Of a stretch of DNA of 64,000 bases, positions 41,127 to 53,839 are shown one piece after another (position 1 is the stretch's first letter; every line of letters begins with the position of its first letter). The notes under the pieces are model-generated. The model made no database searches. It saw nothing but the letters and a program-made list of their open reading frames with translations, and was not told the DNA's origin. This DNA comes from Eledone cirrhosa (Eukaryota): assembly GCA_964016885.1 (NCBI GenBank), contig OZ024740.1:195238001-195302000 (forward strand), read 5' to 3'. A program made the position numbers and the translations under genes.

Positions 41127-41673
41127 ATGGGTGATACATCACGGCATAACCACACATATCTCCATCTCACTTAACTTTTCAAAATCATAAAACCCTGAAA
41201 CGGTAATAATAGTAAACAAATCTTCTTAAAGACTCCAATTGCATTTTCAACTTCTATTTCCTATATATATAGTAAAAATAATAAATGTGAAGACTAAAAT
41301 CCAAAGAGGGCTAAAAATAAGGATAATATAGCAAATATTTATTCAAATAACAGATTAAAGTTTAAGCAAAGAATCGCTGCTTTCACCCTTCTTTCTACTC
41401 CATACACTCATTTCCATCGGCTGCAAGGAAATATGTTCATACACGCATATAGAATAGATAATAATTTATAATAGAGTAGACAGCATCATAGATTACAGAG
41501 TTAGTATGTTCCGTGAAAACTTTATTAACTGCGAAGACGGTGGTCTATCTTCAGAAAAAAAACAACATCCAATAAAACTAGTTTTGCAATCGATTTATCA
41601 CCAACAAAAATTCGTATGTACAACAAATCGTCCATCTAAAACTTTACTTTCACATTCGAGCATATCACTTGTT

Positions 41674-43989
41674 CTACAGTTCTAATTTGTGATGTTTTAC
41701 TTTAGAAAATCTTTCATTCACGATGCTGAAGTCAATTTTTTCAGCCAGTTCTCGCTCTATGTACATCATTGCCAGAGCATTCAACCGCTCTTCACTCATG
41801 GTACTACGCAAATAATTCTTTATCAGTTTGAGCCTGCTGAAGGTTCGCTCAGCCTGCGCCGAGCTAACCGGAATAGTTATGAACATTTTGTATAAGGCAA
41901 ACACGTTCGGATAGGTCATTATAAATCATTATAAATCATAAACGGAACGATCTCAGAACTCGATATGGATTTATCTAAATACACTTCCTTGTAAAAATCT
42001 TTGAATGATAAATACTCATCGAAGATAGTGTTATTTTCGATGTCACCCTCGTAGAATTTCACAAGATTATCGATTCTCTCTCTATTGCATGTGTCGTCGT
42101 CGTCGAAGTGCGCCGGTATCAAGCAGAAAAAATCCTTCACTAGATCGTGCAAGTCGGCAAAACGTTCGTTAAAGCTACTAATGATTCTATCTAAGATAAT
42201 GAAATAAACGTCCCGTTTAAAATGCTGACTCATCGTCTCATGAGGTTCGTCACTGGCATTTTCGTCATGAAAACGCTTCTTTTTTCTTTTCCGTTTTTCT
42301 GTTGTAAACTCTGGTTCAACTTGACATTGCTCGGCGAGATTTTTAGTGTCTGATAATGTTCGGTCAAAATATTCATTTGAGCGGATTTCTTCAATTTCTT
42401 TTACTACATTTTTGATCATGACGTCCGCGGAATATAAGTCGATAGCCTCCTTCTGCAAATATTGTGAAACAGAATGCAGCTTTTTAAGTAAATTCTGAAA
42501 AAACTTCAACATGAAAATGAATTCAAACTTGCTCACATTTAGTAGCAAACCTCTGGCCTCGGCTAATACTTTCGGAGCAGTGTTGTGAACATCCCCACTT
42601 ATTATCCTCTCTAGTGCACTTATTACTGCCGGCAAGTTGTTAATGGTAGCCTCTACAGCCTGAATGTGACTAAACCAGCGGGTATCTGAGAGTCTTTTTA
42701 ATGTTAATACCGTTGAAGTCAATAGTTTTTCTTGTTCTTCTTCGAGGATTTTCAACCTTGGCAAGCTTGATGTTAAGAAAACATACAGGCTCTCCAATGT
42801 ACCAAAAAATAATTTACCATCCATTGACGATTGGCTAGCATCGATTAACACCAGGTTCAGGTTATGAGCACAATAATGGACGTAAACAGCTTTCGAAGAG
42901 CATCCCTCTTTAACTCTAGCCTGAAGCCCAGAAATATGGCCGGACATATTCGACGCTCCGTCGTAACCTTGTCCCCTAATATATTGAGCATCCAAGGATA
43001 GATCCTTGAAAATAACTTCCACAAAACGTATCATAAAATGATTCAGTGGCTGCTGATTCTAGTTCACAAAACGACAGGAAACGCTCCTGTGCGTAGCCAC
43101 TTTTCGATACATATCGCAGTGACACAGAGCATTGATCCTGATGCGAAATGTCAATTGTGGAATCGACGATGACTGAATAGTATTTTGCCGCTTTTACTTC
43201 CGTGATTATTTGTTGAGTACATTCGTTTGCCAGGCATTCTATGAATTCGTTTTGTAATTTTGGACTTAAATACATAGGCTGTCTTTTAGTGCGCCCAGGC
43301 GAGAATAAATGGCTTTCCAAGATCGTATCATACTTGGCCATCAATTTCAACAATCCAATAAAGATTCCTTCATTTTCTGATTTGGCGCCAAGTCCAGCAT
43401 ATTCCCTATGACCTCTGAAGGCCAGGCCTTCTTTTGCGAGAAATAACGTACAATCAAGCAATCGCCTCAATATCTGGCGATTTCATTCAATTCGCTTCTT
43501 CTCTTCATGGATGAGGTTAACGATCACTGTTTTATCTGCGTCCAAACGATATTTTGTCATGAAGTATTGCTTTTGTGCATTGATGTGAATGACACTTTTC
43601 TCATGCTTGGCAATTTTTTTGATTCCCTTTTTGAAGTTTGCCATCCCACACTCTGAATTACCCCAAGTCTTCGAGTAAGATTCAGCATTTTTATCAGCAA
43701 ACAGCCAACAACAAAAGCAATATAGTCTGTTGGATTCAGGAGAGTATACTAACCAGTGTCGGTCAACTTTATGGATTCCAGCACACTTTCTCTTGTACCA
43801 ACTGATGTTGAATTTTCTGTGGTTCGAGTCGAGATGTAGAAAGTTGAGTGTGTGAGATTGAAAATTAGAGTTAGAGTTAGTATTGTAATTTATTACTTTC
43901 TAGCTTCTCCCTCTCCACTCCCTGTAACACTTACTCTTCTTACCTTGCCCTGAACTGCACGCACTACGGAAAAAATATACAATCCACTA
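41674..43989 (-). mobile_element. Decayed hAT DNA transposon (ZMYM1-like/DUF4371-type transposase with TTF zinc finger and C-terminal dimerisation domain)
   Basis: WLVYS...YCFCCWLF (manual translation near 43700-43760), LAFRGHRE, IVDSTID, GQGYDGASNMSG, YCAHNLNL, LSDTRW and AERTFSRLKLIKNYLRSTMSEERL across frameshifted ORFs. Possible 5' terminus TAGTGGATTG at 43989; matching 3' TIR not found. Confidence 0.9.
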
Positions 43990-44449
43990 TGTATGTATGT
44001 GTGTGTTTGTTTGTTTGTTTGTTTGTTTGTTTGTTTGTTTGTTTGTTTGTTTGTTTGTATGTATGTATGTATATATGTATGTACATATGAATGTATGTAT
44101 GTACATACGTGCATGCATGTATGTACATACGAATGTATGTATGTACATATGAATGCATGTATGTAAGTATGCGTCTGTTTTGTTTATACCAGTCAAAAAA
44201 AAGATTGTGTTATTTATGTTGTGTGCTTCTAGGCCCCATAACTTAATGCCTAAATAAGGAGAGATCAATAAAATAAGTACCAGACTGTTATATATAATGT
44301 GATCAATGTGACTTACTCTAAATCCTTGAAAGTAGTGCCCCAGCATGGCCACATTCCAATTAATAAGGTCAACAAACAAATAAATAAAATACACAGCCCC
44401 TTACTCAAACATCCTCTGCGGCTACAAGAATTTACAGTTAGTTATACAA

Positions 44450-45030
44450 GTGTTGTGGTGGTAGTTGGTGGTGGTGGTGGTAGTTGTGGTGGCAGTTGTT
44501 GGTGGTGGTGTTTGTGGTGATGGTTTGTGGTGGTGGTAGTTGTGGTCGTGGTTGAGGTGGTGGTGGTAGTGGTGGTGGTGGTAGTGGTGGTGGTGGTTGT
44601 TGGTGTTGGTGGTGGTTGTTGGGTGTGGTGGTGGTGTTTGTGGTGATGGTTGGTGGTGGTGGTTGATGGTGGTTGGTGGTGGTGGTTGGTGGTTGTGGTT
44701 GTGGTTGTGGTGGTGGTTGTGGTGGTGGTTGTGGTGGTGGTTGTGGTGGTGGTGGTTGTGGTAATGGTTGGTGGTGGTGGTAGTTGTGGTGATGGTTGTG
44801 GTGGTGGTGGTGCTTGTGGTGATTGTTTGTGGTGATGGTTGGTGGTGGTGGTTGGTGGTGGTGGTGGTGGTTGGTGGTGGTGGTGGTGGTTGGTGGTGGT
44901 GGTGGTTGGTGGTGGTTGGTGGTGGTAGTGGTGGTTGGTGGTGGTGGTTGGTGGTAGTGGTTGGTGGTGGTGGTTGGTGGTGGTAGTGGTGGTTGTGGTG
45001 TTTGTGGTGATGGTTGGCAGTAGTGGTGGT
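44450..45030. repeat. Degenerate (GGT)n/(GTT)n microsatellite
   Basis: Directly visible; source of the spurious His/Thr/Pro and Val/Gly/Trp ORFs. Confidence 0.9.
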
Positions 45031-45498
45031 GATCATGATCAAAGTGATGATGGTCATTGCTGTGGTGTTGATGATGATGATGATGATATAATATATTTTA
45101 AAGTAAAATTTATTTTGTAATAAACAAATGACCTCTCCTAAGAGTTTGAAAAAAATTGTATTTATGGTTTGTAAACATAAAGTCTATCTTTGAATGCATT
45201 TGAAGGTCGGATTGATGAAGGGGGAAGAGGAGAGATTTAAATTTAAAAATAAAATGAAAAGAAATTAATCGAAAAATATGTTGTTTGAATTGAGTTCCAT
45301 AGTATCTTACCAAAAAATAATTTTCTAAAAAAAAATGCTATAAAACTATACTGATAAACAGTTGTCATGGGATGTCACATCCCAACTCACCTACCCACCT
45401 AACAAATGAAAAGAACAAAAAACAAATAGAAAACTTTAAAAAATCCTAAAATAGTATCTTTTACTTGAATGCAGCTAAATGCAAATTGCTAAAGTGTG

Positions 45499-45560
<62 letters not shown>

Positions 45561-45636
45561 TGTATGTATATGTGTGTGTGAATATATATTCAAAAATTAA
45601 ATGAAAAGCAACACCGCAAACACTACAGTACAACAA

Positions 45637-45679
<43 letters not shown>

Positions 45680-45691
45680 CGTGTGTGTTTG

Positions 45692-45727
<36 letters not shown>

Positions 45728-45770
45728 TATACACACACATATATATATGCATATATATATATATAATATA

Positions 45771-45799
<29 letters not shown>

Positions 45800-45804
<5 letters not shown>

Positions 45805-45954
45805 AAAAAGTATGACCCCGACGGCAGAGCTCAAGCCGTTTTGACGGCTATTTCTGGACTAAATTAGAATTTTTAGCCTAGAAATTCTAATTTAGTCCAG
45901 AAATAGCCATCGAAATGGCTTGAGCTCTGCCGTCGGGGTCATACTTTTTCCTAT
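45800..45954. repeat. Fold-back palindrome (~73-bp arms) with the HHR 3' half on each arm
   Basis: Right arm carries GAAA(45912)-tggc-ttgagctct-gccg-UC-ggggtc; the left arm is its reverse complement with three transitions. Confidence 0.85.
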
Positions 45955-46030
45955 TACCCACTCTACTACCCTAAGTATTGAGTACTCTGGTGCGTTATGG
46001 TCCATCTGATTCCTTACCACAATTCCTTCG

Positions 46031-46062
<32 letters not shown>

Positions 46063-46730
46063 GGAGGGGGGTATCCGTGTTCATACATACGTATATCTAT
46101 ACATTTCTGTTATCAATTCAAATATTTCTTGCAAGTATTGATTATTTTCTCAATACATAGATACCAAACACCAAAATACCAAGCACTGATGTTATTTGAC
46201 TTTCATTCTTTTACTTCCTAAACAGGACAAATTTCCAAGACTTTACAAGGAATCAAAAGAGAAACAGAAAGAAATATATTATAAAAGAGTAAAAAAGGGG
46301 GAAAAGAGTAGAAAGACAGTAAGCAAGAAAATCAGAATGAGAGAGGGAGAGGGAGAGAGAGCGTGAGAGAGAGAGGGAGTGATATATGTATGTATATAAA
46401 ATATATAGCATATGTTTTATATATATAGATATATATATATATATATAATAAAGGAGTGAAGAATAACACAGATCAGCTATATATATATATATATATATTG
46501 AGAGAGAGAGAGAATTCTTCTGGTTTTACATTTCCGATGACCATACCCCATCCACTTCCCGTCCATACTATGTAATATATTACGTTTGGTCTCAGGTTTT
46601 GAGACAAGTGGAAGCAAATGAAGTCTTACTGGTTGGCTTTTGTTATGAAACAAAGAAAAACAAGAAGGAAAAATGTGGAATGTGGAAGGGTTAGATTTGT
46701 TGATGATGATGATGATGATGTGGTAGCGTA

Positions 46731-46845
46731 AGGAGGAGGAGGAGGAGGAGGAGGAGGAGGAGGAGAAGAAGAAGAAGAAGAAGAAGAAGAAGAAGAAGAA
46801 GAAGAAGAAGAAGAAGAAGAAGAAGAAGAAGAAGAAGAAGAAGAA
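46731..46845. repeat. (GGA)n(GAA)n pure purine tract
   Basis: Directly visible. Confidence 0.9.
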
Positions 46846-48909
46846 AGTTTGACCATACTTGGCATAATACGGCCTCAGACATGTCTACATATAATACATA
46901 TATAGTGGAAACACATTATTCTTATTTTATTTCCCTCTGAAGTAGCTACGATGGCAAAAACAAACTGGATAACTAAATAGATTACTAGTTTAGAGTGGTG
47001 AAGTGGTGAAATTGTTAGCGTGTCAGACATGATGTCTGATGGTATCTTTTATAACTCTTTGCATTTAGATCTTAAGTAATAGACATAACTCTTTGATACC
47101 AAACCCTTGAAAACAACCCTTGATATAAAACAGTTTATTTTTAAATGTTCATCATCTTCAACCTCCCCATCATCATGATCATCATCATCATCGTCACCGT
47201 CATCATCGTCATGATCATCATCGTCATCATCACCGTCGCCATCATCATCATCATCATTATCGTTGTCATCATCATTACCATCGCCATTATCACCATTATC
47301 ATCATCATCAATTAACATCTGTTTTCTCTGCTAGCAAGGATAGGATCAGTCAGTACAGAGCTATTGACCTATCAGATGGGCCAACGGCTCCTTTCTGTCT
47401 AACATACCTTCCCACAAAAACCATCTATCAGAATGGAGCTAGGTGGGGCAATGGACATGTGCCAATGATTTTAAGTAGGCCCAATATTTCTGTTAGAGGA
47501 AAACTGGAAACCATTTGCTAAAGAACTACCTATTTTTATAAATTTTCTAGTTCTTTTATTCAATTCTGTTACCTGTAAATACACAATGTACACTACACAA
47601 AAATATACATAGCCCATTCATAAATCATAAGTATTTGATACTAATTACTAAAATACTTAATGAGCTGTTTGAAATGGTGATCTATAGTTTACATCTGGCC
47701 AGGGTCTTTTACTAGCTTTGCTTGAGCCTGATTATAAGCATTTATCTTCAATCTTTATAATGAATTAGTTATAATGTCAGTTACTTTTTTAAGCCGTTTT
47801 TTTTTTTAATATTTTGATATGCAAATTCATAAGAATACTAAGATGCGAGGAGGGAGGAAGAAGACATACATTAACTTCAAAATGTATAATACCAATTCCT
47901 TGTGGAAGCCATGTAACAGCTGATCCTATAACAACTGAATAATAGTAATAACCAACTGTTAGAAACTTGTCCTGCAGAATAATCTAGACATAATCCAGCC
48001 AATATTTACGCAGAATTTCTGACGCCTGAATACAGCAAGAAAACTTCTGTTTGACATTAGATTTCTTAAAAGATAAAACTACTGGAGAGATAGTCAGTTG
48101 ACCTTTACATAGAACTACACAGACTATATAAAAACAACAACAACAAAATGATAATAAATTGAGAAGTGTCAATAAATCAGAGATGTAAAAACAAAACAGT
48201 TGGAAACGAGCAGAATTGTATATTAACGTTCTAAATGCTGAAATAAAACTTGGAAACATTGGCAAAAACAAAAAATAAAAATAATTTTTTTTTTTTAATA
48301 AATAAATACAATAAAAAACAAGAGGAAATATTTGAAAATGTTTGCCTATTACTTTCAAGAAATAATTGAAAATATTTCAAGAAGAGAAATTCAAAAAAGT
48401 ATGACATATCTTGATAATTAAACTTTTATATTTAGGTAATCAATAACATTTGAGAAATCAATTACATTAAAACAATATTCACATTTTCTTTCTCTTTATA
48501 AAAAATTAAAATATACTGGAAATTAAAAAAAAATAAAGATAATAATAATGCACAGTTTCTAATTTAAGAAGAAGGAGTGACGGAATAGTAGATTAAACTG
48601 ACTGGTACTTTATTTTAGCAGCATTGGAAGGGTAAAAGACAAAGTTGACCACAGCAAGATTTAAACTCAGGACTTAAAGAGACATAACTAAATACTGCAT
48701 GCCATTTTATATACCACTTTGCCAATCCTGATATAATAATAATAATAATGACTTCTGATTTAAGCACAAGGCCAATAATTTTGGGGAGGGGAAAGTCAAT
48801 TAAATTGACCCCAGTACATTACTGATGCTTTAATTTATCGACCCTGTAAGGGTGAAAGGCAAAGCTAATTTCAGCGACATTTGAACTCAGAACATAAGGG
48901 GACATAGTA

Positions 48910-50890
48910 ACCTGAGGGCTGCTGATAAAAAGAACACTAGAGATAAAACTAAGCTTGTCAATAAAATCATAAGCATAATACAAACAGAAAACATTAGTGA
49001 TACAAACCTCCTAGGACATGCTGGAGCAAATGTAGCTGATTTGTTGGGAATCAAAGAAATGAAAAGTGACTAACAGGCAGCCATGGTAGAAGAGATGGGT
49101 TCAGGACAGTTTTACAAAATTGAAGAAGGATCTAAGCAAATTGGAGGAATGGAAAAATACAAGGTTACAGAACGAATAGAAAAAGGAGTACTGGAAAGAC
49201 AATATGGGGAAAATAAAGGAATTAATGCGGTGGTGGAGGAGATGAAGCAAAGAAATATGAAGAAAGAAGTAACCAATACATGCAAAATAGACTCTTTCAA
49301 TTCAACTAAAAAAGATTGTTTGAGAAACTGGAAGGAATTGAAAGGAACAATGATGTAAGGCCAGATGCAGAAGAAAATAAGAAAGAATTGCTTTTTGGAA
49401 TAACATTTGGAGCAAATTTGTTCAGCACAATGAGAAAGCAGATTGGATATAGAAGGTTGGAAAACAGGAAACAGGTGTACAGAAGCATGAAATCATCAAA
49501 ATACCAAAAGAGATGGTGAAAACCCAGATCAGGTAAATGAATACTGGTTCAAAAACTTCAGCAACCTACATAAAATAATAACTACACTGATAGATGAAGT
49601 TCTGGAGAAACATCAGAATGGATAACAAAATGACACACATGTGTGATACAGAAAGAAGAGACTAAGAATAACAAAGTTTCAATTTTCAGACTAATTACTT
49701 GGCTTCCTTTGATGCAGAAGCTCCTAACAGGAATATTTGCTGAAGAAATGTACACATTCTAAAGTCCACATTATAAAGTGGTCATGTAGGTGTCATAATA
49801 AAAAGTGCCCAGTCCACACCATAAATGTGGTTGGCGTTAGAAAGGGCATCCAGCCATAGAAACCAAGCCAGAAACAATTTTGTATAAGTAAGACACAGTC
49901 GTCTGATCTGGCTTGTCTCACAGCATGACAACTCATCCAATGCATGCTAGCATGGGAAAATGGACATGTGATGATGATGATGACATAGAGAGAGAAAATC
50001 TGCTTCCTAAAGAGCAAAATGGGTGTATGTGTAATAGCAGAGGAAGAAAGACCAGCTGATGATTGGTATAGTAGTACTGAAGAACTGCAAAAAGAGGCTC
50101 AATCTGTCCCTTGCTTGGATTGACTACAAGAAGACATGACATGGTGCCACATTCTTGGATCCTTCACTGTTTGGATATGTTTAAGTTATCAGACAACATC
50201 GAGAGCATTATAGAGAAATCAATAGCTAAATGGAAAGTAGAATTAACATCAGCTGGTGGTGAAAGATTAGGTGAGGTGAAGATAAAGTGAGGTATCTTCC
50301 AAGGAGACAGTTTATCACCAATTTTGTTTATTGTTGCAATGTTACAGGATACAGTCTAAGGAAAGATAGAAGCAACTTCAATCATTTATTGTTTGTGAAT
50401 GATTTAAAACTATAGTTGTTATGAAGAAGAGCTATACACCTTAATACAGTCAGAGTTATTTCTGAAGACATTAGGATGAAGTTTGGCATTTTAAAGTGTG
50501 CAACGATAGAGATGAAGCATGGAAAGCTGGTAAGGTGTAATGGAATCAAACTACCAAATGGTGAAAGAATCAAATCACTGGAAACAGATGACGCATATAA
50601 ATATGTAGGTGTGCTACAAAGCTATAAAGTAAAAAGAAATGAAAGAAATTGTCAGAAAAGAGTACTTTCAAAGATTGAGGATGGTCCTCAAGTCCAGTAT
50701 TGTGGAGGCAATAAACACCTGAGCTGTTTCATTAATTAGGTATGGGACAGGTATAGTTGAATGGACAAAAGTAGAGTTGAAGGAAATTGATCAGAAAACA
50801 AGGAAAATGCTCACTATCTACCGAAGTATGCACCCACAAGGTGATGTAGGCAGGCTGTATTGGAAAAGAAAGGAGCAGGGTAGGGGATTG
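48910..50890 (+). pseudogene. Heavily decayed R4/Dong-like LINE RT region, interrupted by an RTE-tail SINE at ~49760..49983
   Basis: Manual translation of fragments: YWFKNFSNLH, LLPKEQNGC, AWIDYKK, DMVPHSWILHCL, GIFQGDSLSPILF, NHLLFVNDLKL, MKFGILKCA and IDQKTRKMLT...RLYWKRKEQGRGL. Confidence 0.75.
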
Positions 50891-51112
50891 TTTATTTTAG
50901 CTCAGATTAAATGTTTAAGCAAACAATTTAAGCTTTCACCCTTATACAGGATGAAAGCAGAAATTGTTTGCTTAAACTTTTAATCTGTGCTAATAATATA
51001 TTATATAGAGCTAAGACTTGACGACTGAGCTCTTGCTGTTTCAACAGCTAGTTACAGACTAATGGTCTAACCAGTTTCAAAATGAATCCATCCTGATTTT
51101 TATATATATATA

Positions 51113-52415
51113 TAGGGTGCAGACAATATTTGTTTGGAAGATTACTGTCTAGGAAAAAATAACACAATAGTTTTATTTTTTAAGATATATTTATCAAACT
51201 TGAGTCAGTTTCTCTTCATGACTTGTTCTTTCTATCTCACTCGATAAACCTACCATTGGCTTTGATGTCAGCCTCAAGGCGGCCTCGGAACCGGCTACAG
51301 GCCTTCGTCACTGTCCCCCAACTTAGGCCCCTAAAGGCACTTGTGATCCTGGCCTTCAGATCGTCTTTCGTATTGCAGCTAGATCTGTTGGTGTCTCGTT
51401 CCACTGCGCCCCACACAAAGAAGTCGAGGGGGTTGCAGTCAGGCGAGCTGGGAGGCCAGATGTCAGGTGAAGTGAGGTCGACGAAGTTCTCTGACAGCCA
51501 GCCTTGGGTCTTTTGGCTGGTATGGCAGGGCGCCGAGTCTTGCTGTCACATGTACAGCCTACCTGCAGCTACCTGGTCGATCCAGGGCTTTACTACCTTG
51601 CTCAGAACACGGATGTAGCCATCGGTGTTCAGCTTGAGGCCCTCAGGAAGAAGTGAGGTGGCATGATGTCACCTTGACTGCTGACGACACCTAAGACCAA
51701 TGTTGTCGCTGGAAACTTTGTCTGCATGACTCTGGGCACGTCTTTGGATGAGACAGCGAGCCACCTGTTGTTCTGGGAGTTGTTGATCTGGTCTTGGCAG
51801 AAGTTTTTCTCATTGGAGAAAAACCACAGCATGTCTGGCTCCAGTGGGTGTTTCAACTTGTTGATCAGCTTCTTTGCGTGCTTCAGTTGCATTTCTTGCA
51901 TCGCCTTTGACAGAAATTGTCCTTTCCTCATCTTGTATGAAACGTAGCGAATGTCTTCATGTACCACCAGCCTAATGAGCTTTTCATCCACGTCTCTCTC
52001 CCTTGCAATGGCATGCATCAACTTGCTAGCTTCATTGTTGATGATATCCTGAACTTCAGTGAAGAACTTGGGCATTCTGAAGGCGTCAGATCGTCGATCA
52101 TGTGTTTTCCTATTTGATGTTGCTTCGTAGTCGAATCCTGAATCTTCCAATTCCTATCTGACCTTTTCCACCATTTTCCTGCTGACGCTGAGAAAGTCTG
52201 AAATTTCCTTATTTGTCCTCCCGGCGCGGATTCTAAGAAGAACTCCAGGTCTATACCACAAATTTGGAGGTTCAAAATTATTCATAATCAATTATTCTGA
52301 AAATAAATAATGGAAATATAGTCACTGTTTTTATGAAGACAAGAGTGACAACGGAAGGAAAAATTTGCATAAAATTAGTAGTTGAAAATTGCGAACAAAT
52401 ATCGTTCACACACTG
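51113..52415 (-). mobile_element. Tc1/mariner DD37D (maT-type) transposon, decayed, with degenerate TIRs in (TA)n
   Basis: WFFSNEKNF, TKFPA and QQDSAP...WPPSSPDCNPLD with 37 residues between the last two Asp; ends tagggtgcagacaatatttgtt / aacaaatatcgttcacacactg; contains a stop and frameshifts. Confidence 0.88.
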
Positions 52416-52933
52416 TATATATATATATATACACAGAGGTATCCACTGTAAGTTGTGGGGTCTATTCTGTATGAAGAACTCAGGAATTGATCATAGTCTG
52501 TAATCACCGTATACTTAAATATTTAATATTTCTCTGCACACAAGCTTCTTTATCATACATAAAAAATACTTTACCAGTACAACCCTCATAATACTCTTGT
52601 TTACCCGCTTAAAGTGCTTGTATTGCATATAACACCTTGCCGCACATTAATCTTATATAAATAAGACACACGTGCATGCCCCACGTGTAACTATTGCATA
52701 CACTAATTACTTCAAACTATCCTCTTGCATTATCTTCGTAAACTGCCGATGTTGTATTTTAACTTTAATTTTGTTTTAATTTTCTTTTAATATGATTTTA
52801 ATTTTTGAATGTAAATTGCCATGCTAAAATATTATAATGGATGTCACCCCACTGTGCATCGTTATATACCTATGTTTCTGTATGTCTCTTGTGTTGGAAA
52901 GGAGGTCATGTATGTAAACAATCATTGAAAAAA

Positions 52934-52983
52934 TTGCTCCGAAGATTCCAAACCTCAATTTCGACGAAACAATTGTAAGCTAA
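52934..52983 (+). ncRNA. Minimal hammerhead-like motif (CCGAAGA core) in a probable PLE 3' end
   Basis: gct-CCGAAGA-imperfect stem II-GAAA-caattg-UA-agc. Confidence 0.5.
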
Positions 52984-53063
52984 TAAATGGTTTGAACAGA
53001 ACTTTGATTCATGTTTATATGAGTATGTGCACGTGTAAGAAGAGTGTACATATGCTCACACAG

Positions 53064-53113
<50 letters not shown>

Positions 53114-53839
53114 GTGTGTTGTATATGTATATATATGTATGTGTGTGTATGTATGTGTATAAATCTTGTATTTTTGTTAATGTTTGTTAAATTATGCCCA
53201 AATACGAGGATCTTATTTAAACCTTACCTTCTCGCTTACCTAAACTACCCCAACCTTAATTCTGTCGTATTTTTCAAAACAAAAATCCTTCTTATATATT
53301 CTTTTTAAAATATATTTGTTATTTCGAGGACCGTATTTAAACTCTTAATTCCCGCTCCTTACTATCTTCTCCCCCTCCCCTACATCATGAAGGTTCGCGG
53401 TCAGCCCCCCCACTCTACATCATGCGGCCAAACCTCCCCCACCCCCCATCTCTCTCTCTCTATCTATATATATAAGATAAACCCTACAAGGAATCACATT
53501 CGCCAAATTCATGGCTGCTTTCACGGTATAATGTAATGTAATGTACACATTTTTCTTCCATTTCTCCACTCCATTTCATTCCTTAGTCCACCCATCCGAC
53601 AATTCTCTACCATTTTCTCTTCCCCGAATCCAATCTTTGCCTCGCTACTCGTCACTCTATCGTATTTTCCAAAACAAATCCTGTATTTTTGTCGTATTTT
53701 CCAAAACAAATCTTGTATTTTTGTTAGTGCTTGTTAAATTATGCCCAAATACGAGGATCTTATTTAAACCTTACCTTCTCGCTAACAACTCAACATCCCC
53801 CCCCCCCCCGCCCCCACGCACCACCATTATTATTACGTG

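Noticed and set aside
44422-45057. 211-aa His/Thr/Pro-rich ORF
   Set aside because: Translation of a degenerate (ACC)n repeat.
53161-53783. Direct repeat with 547-nt period as a third retrozyme-like unit
   Set aside because: No HHR core was found between the repeats; more likely UTR-internal duplication.
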